The notes beneath the pieces are model-generated. The model was given only the letters and a program-made list of their open reading frames with translations, was not told where the DNA came from and made no database searches. A stretch of DNA of 64,000 nt, taken from contig JABARW010000018.1 of assembly GCA_019186845.1 (NCBI GenBank), positions 3,180 to 67,179 on the forward strand, given 5' to 3'. Source of the stretch: Planctomycetota bacterium (GTDB lineage: Bacteria; Planctomycetota; UBA8742; UBA2392). How positions within the stretch are numbered: the first letter of the stretch is position 1; each line of letters starts with the position of its first letter. Both the position numbers and the translations under genes were made by a program. Shown here one piece after another: positions 63,845 to 64,000 of this stretch.

Positions 63845-64000
63845 GCTTCCCCCCTGATTGTGGTGTTGCAGGGTATTTGGGCCAGATTGCCCAAGGCTTT
63901 CACTTTACCTGCTCTAATTCGGGGCAGGTTTTGTAGCCCGCGACTTCGAAGCTACATTGCCGCGGTGAACAAGGCTGCAACCATCGGCTTCTTCGCCCTT

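Noticed and set aside
63966-64000. A possible gene start (GTGAACAAGGCTGCAACC...) running off the window end
   Set aside because: Only about 11 codons are visible, which is too little to support a call.

Overview
This is a GC-rich, densely packed chromosomal segment with about 53 protein-coding genes. The cell envelope looks Gram-negative in type (kdsB, an HpnA/HpnN-like hopanoid module, many lipoproteins). I cannot place the lineage from the sequence alone. I saw no rRNA, tRNA, CRISPR array, transposase or integrase.

Most genes are housekeeping: folE, prfA, rpmE, purH, eno, ispD, kdsB, sdhB, nifU/nifS, scpB, apgM and a thiolase. They are interleaved with signalling genes: a hybrid histidine kinase, a Ser/Thr kinase, two PAS-GAF-GGDEF cyclases, an ECF sigma fusion and a pair of WYL regulators.

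The strongest finding is at 31095..33641. Three same-frame ORFs are separated only by two TGA codons. Each TGA sits exactly at the first Cys position of a thioredoxin-fold CxxC motif, and each is followed by a hairpin. I read this as one DsbD-like membrane reductase with two selenocysteines (UxxC twice), not a pseudogene.

Other notable observations:
- A NifU whose IscU-like domain has lost all three scaffold cysteines. An IscR-like palindrome overlaps its predicted promoter.
- Three tandem genes for secreted proteins built from five copies of an unrecognised ~140-aa domain, one of them fused to EF-hands.
- An ECF sigma factor tethered through a TM helix and coiled coil to a ~290-aa domain. 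That domain recurs as a sigma-less paralogue 60 kb away.
- A PafB/PafC-like pair of WYL genes.
- An L31 with an RGG-rich tail.
- An IspD-TPR fusion.

All family calls come from motifs read by eye. No database search was run.
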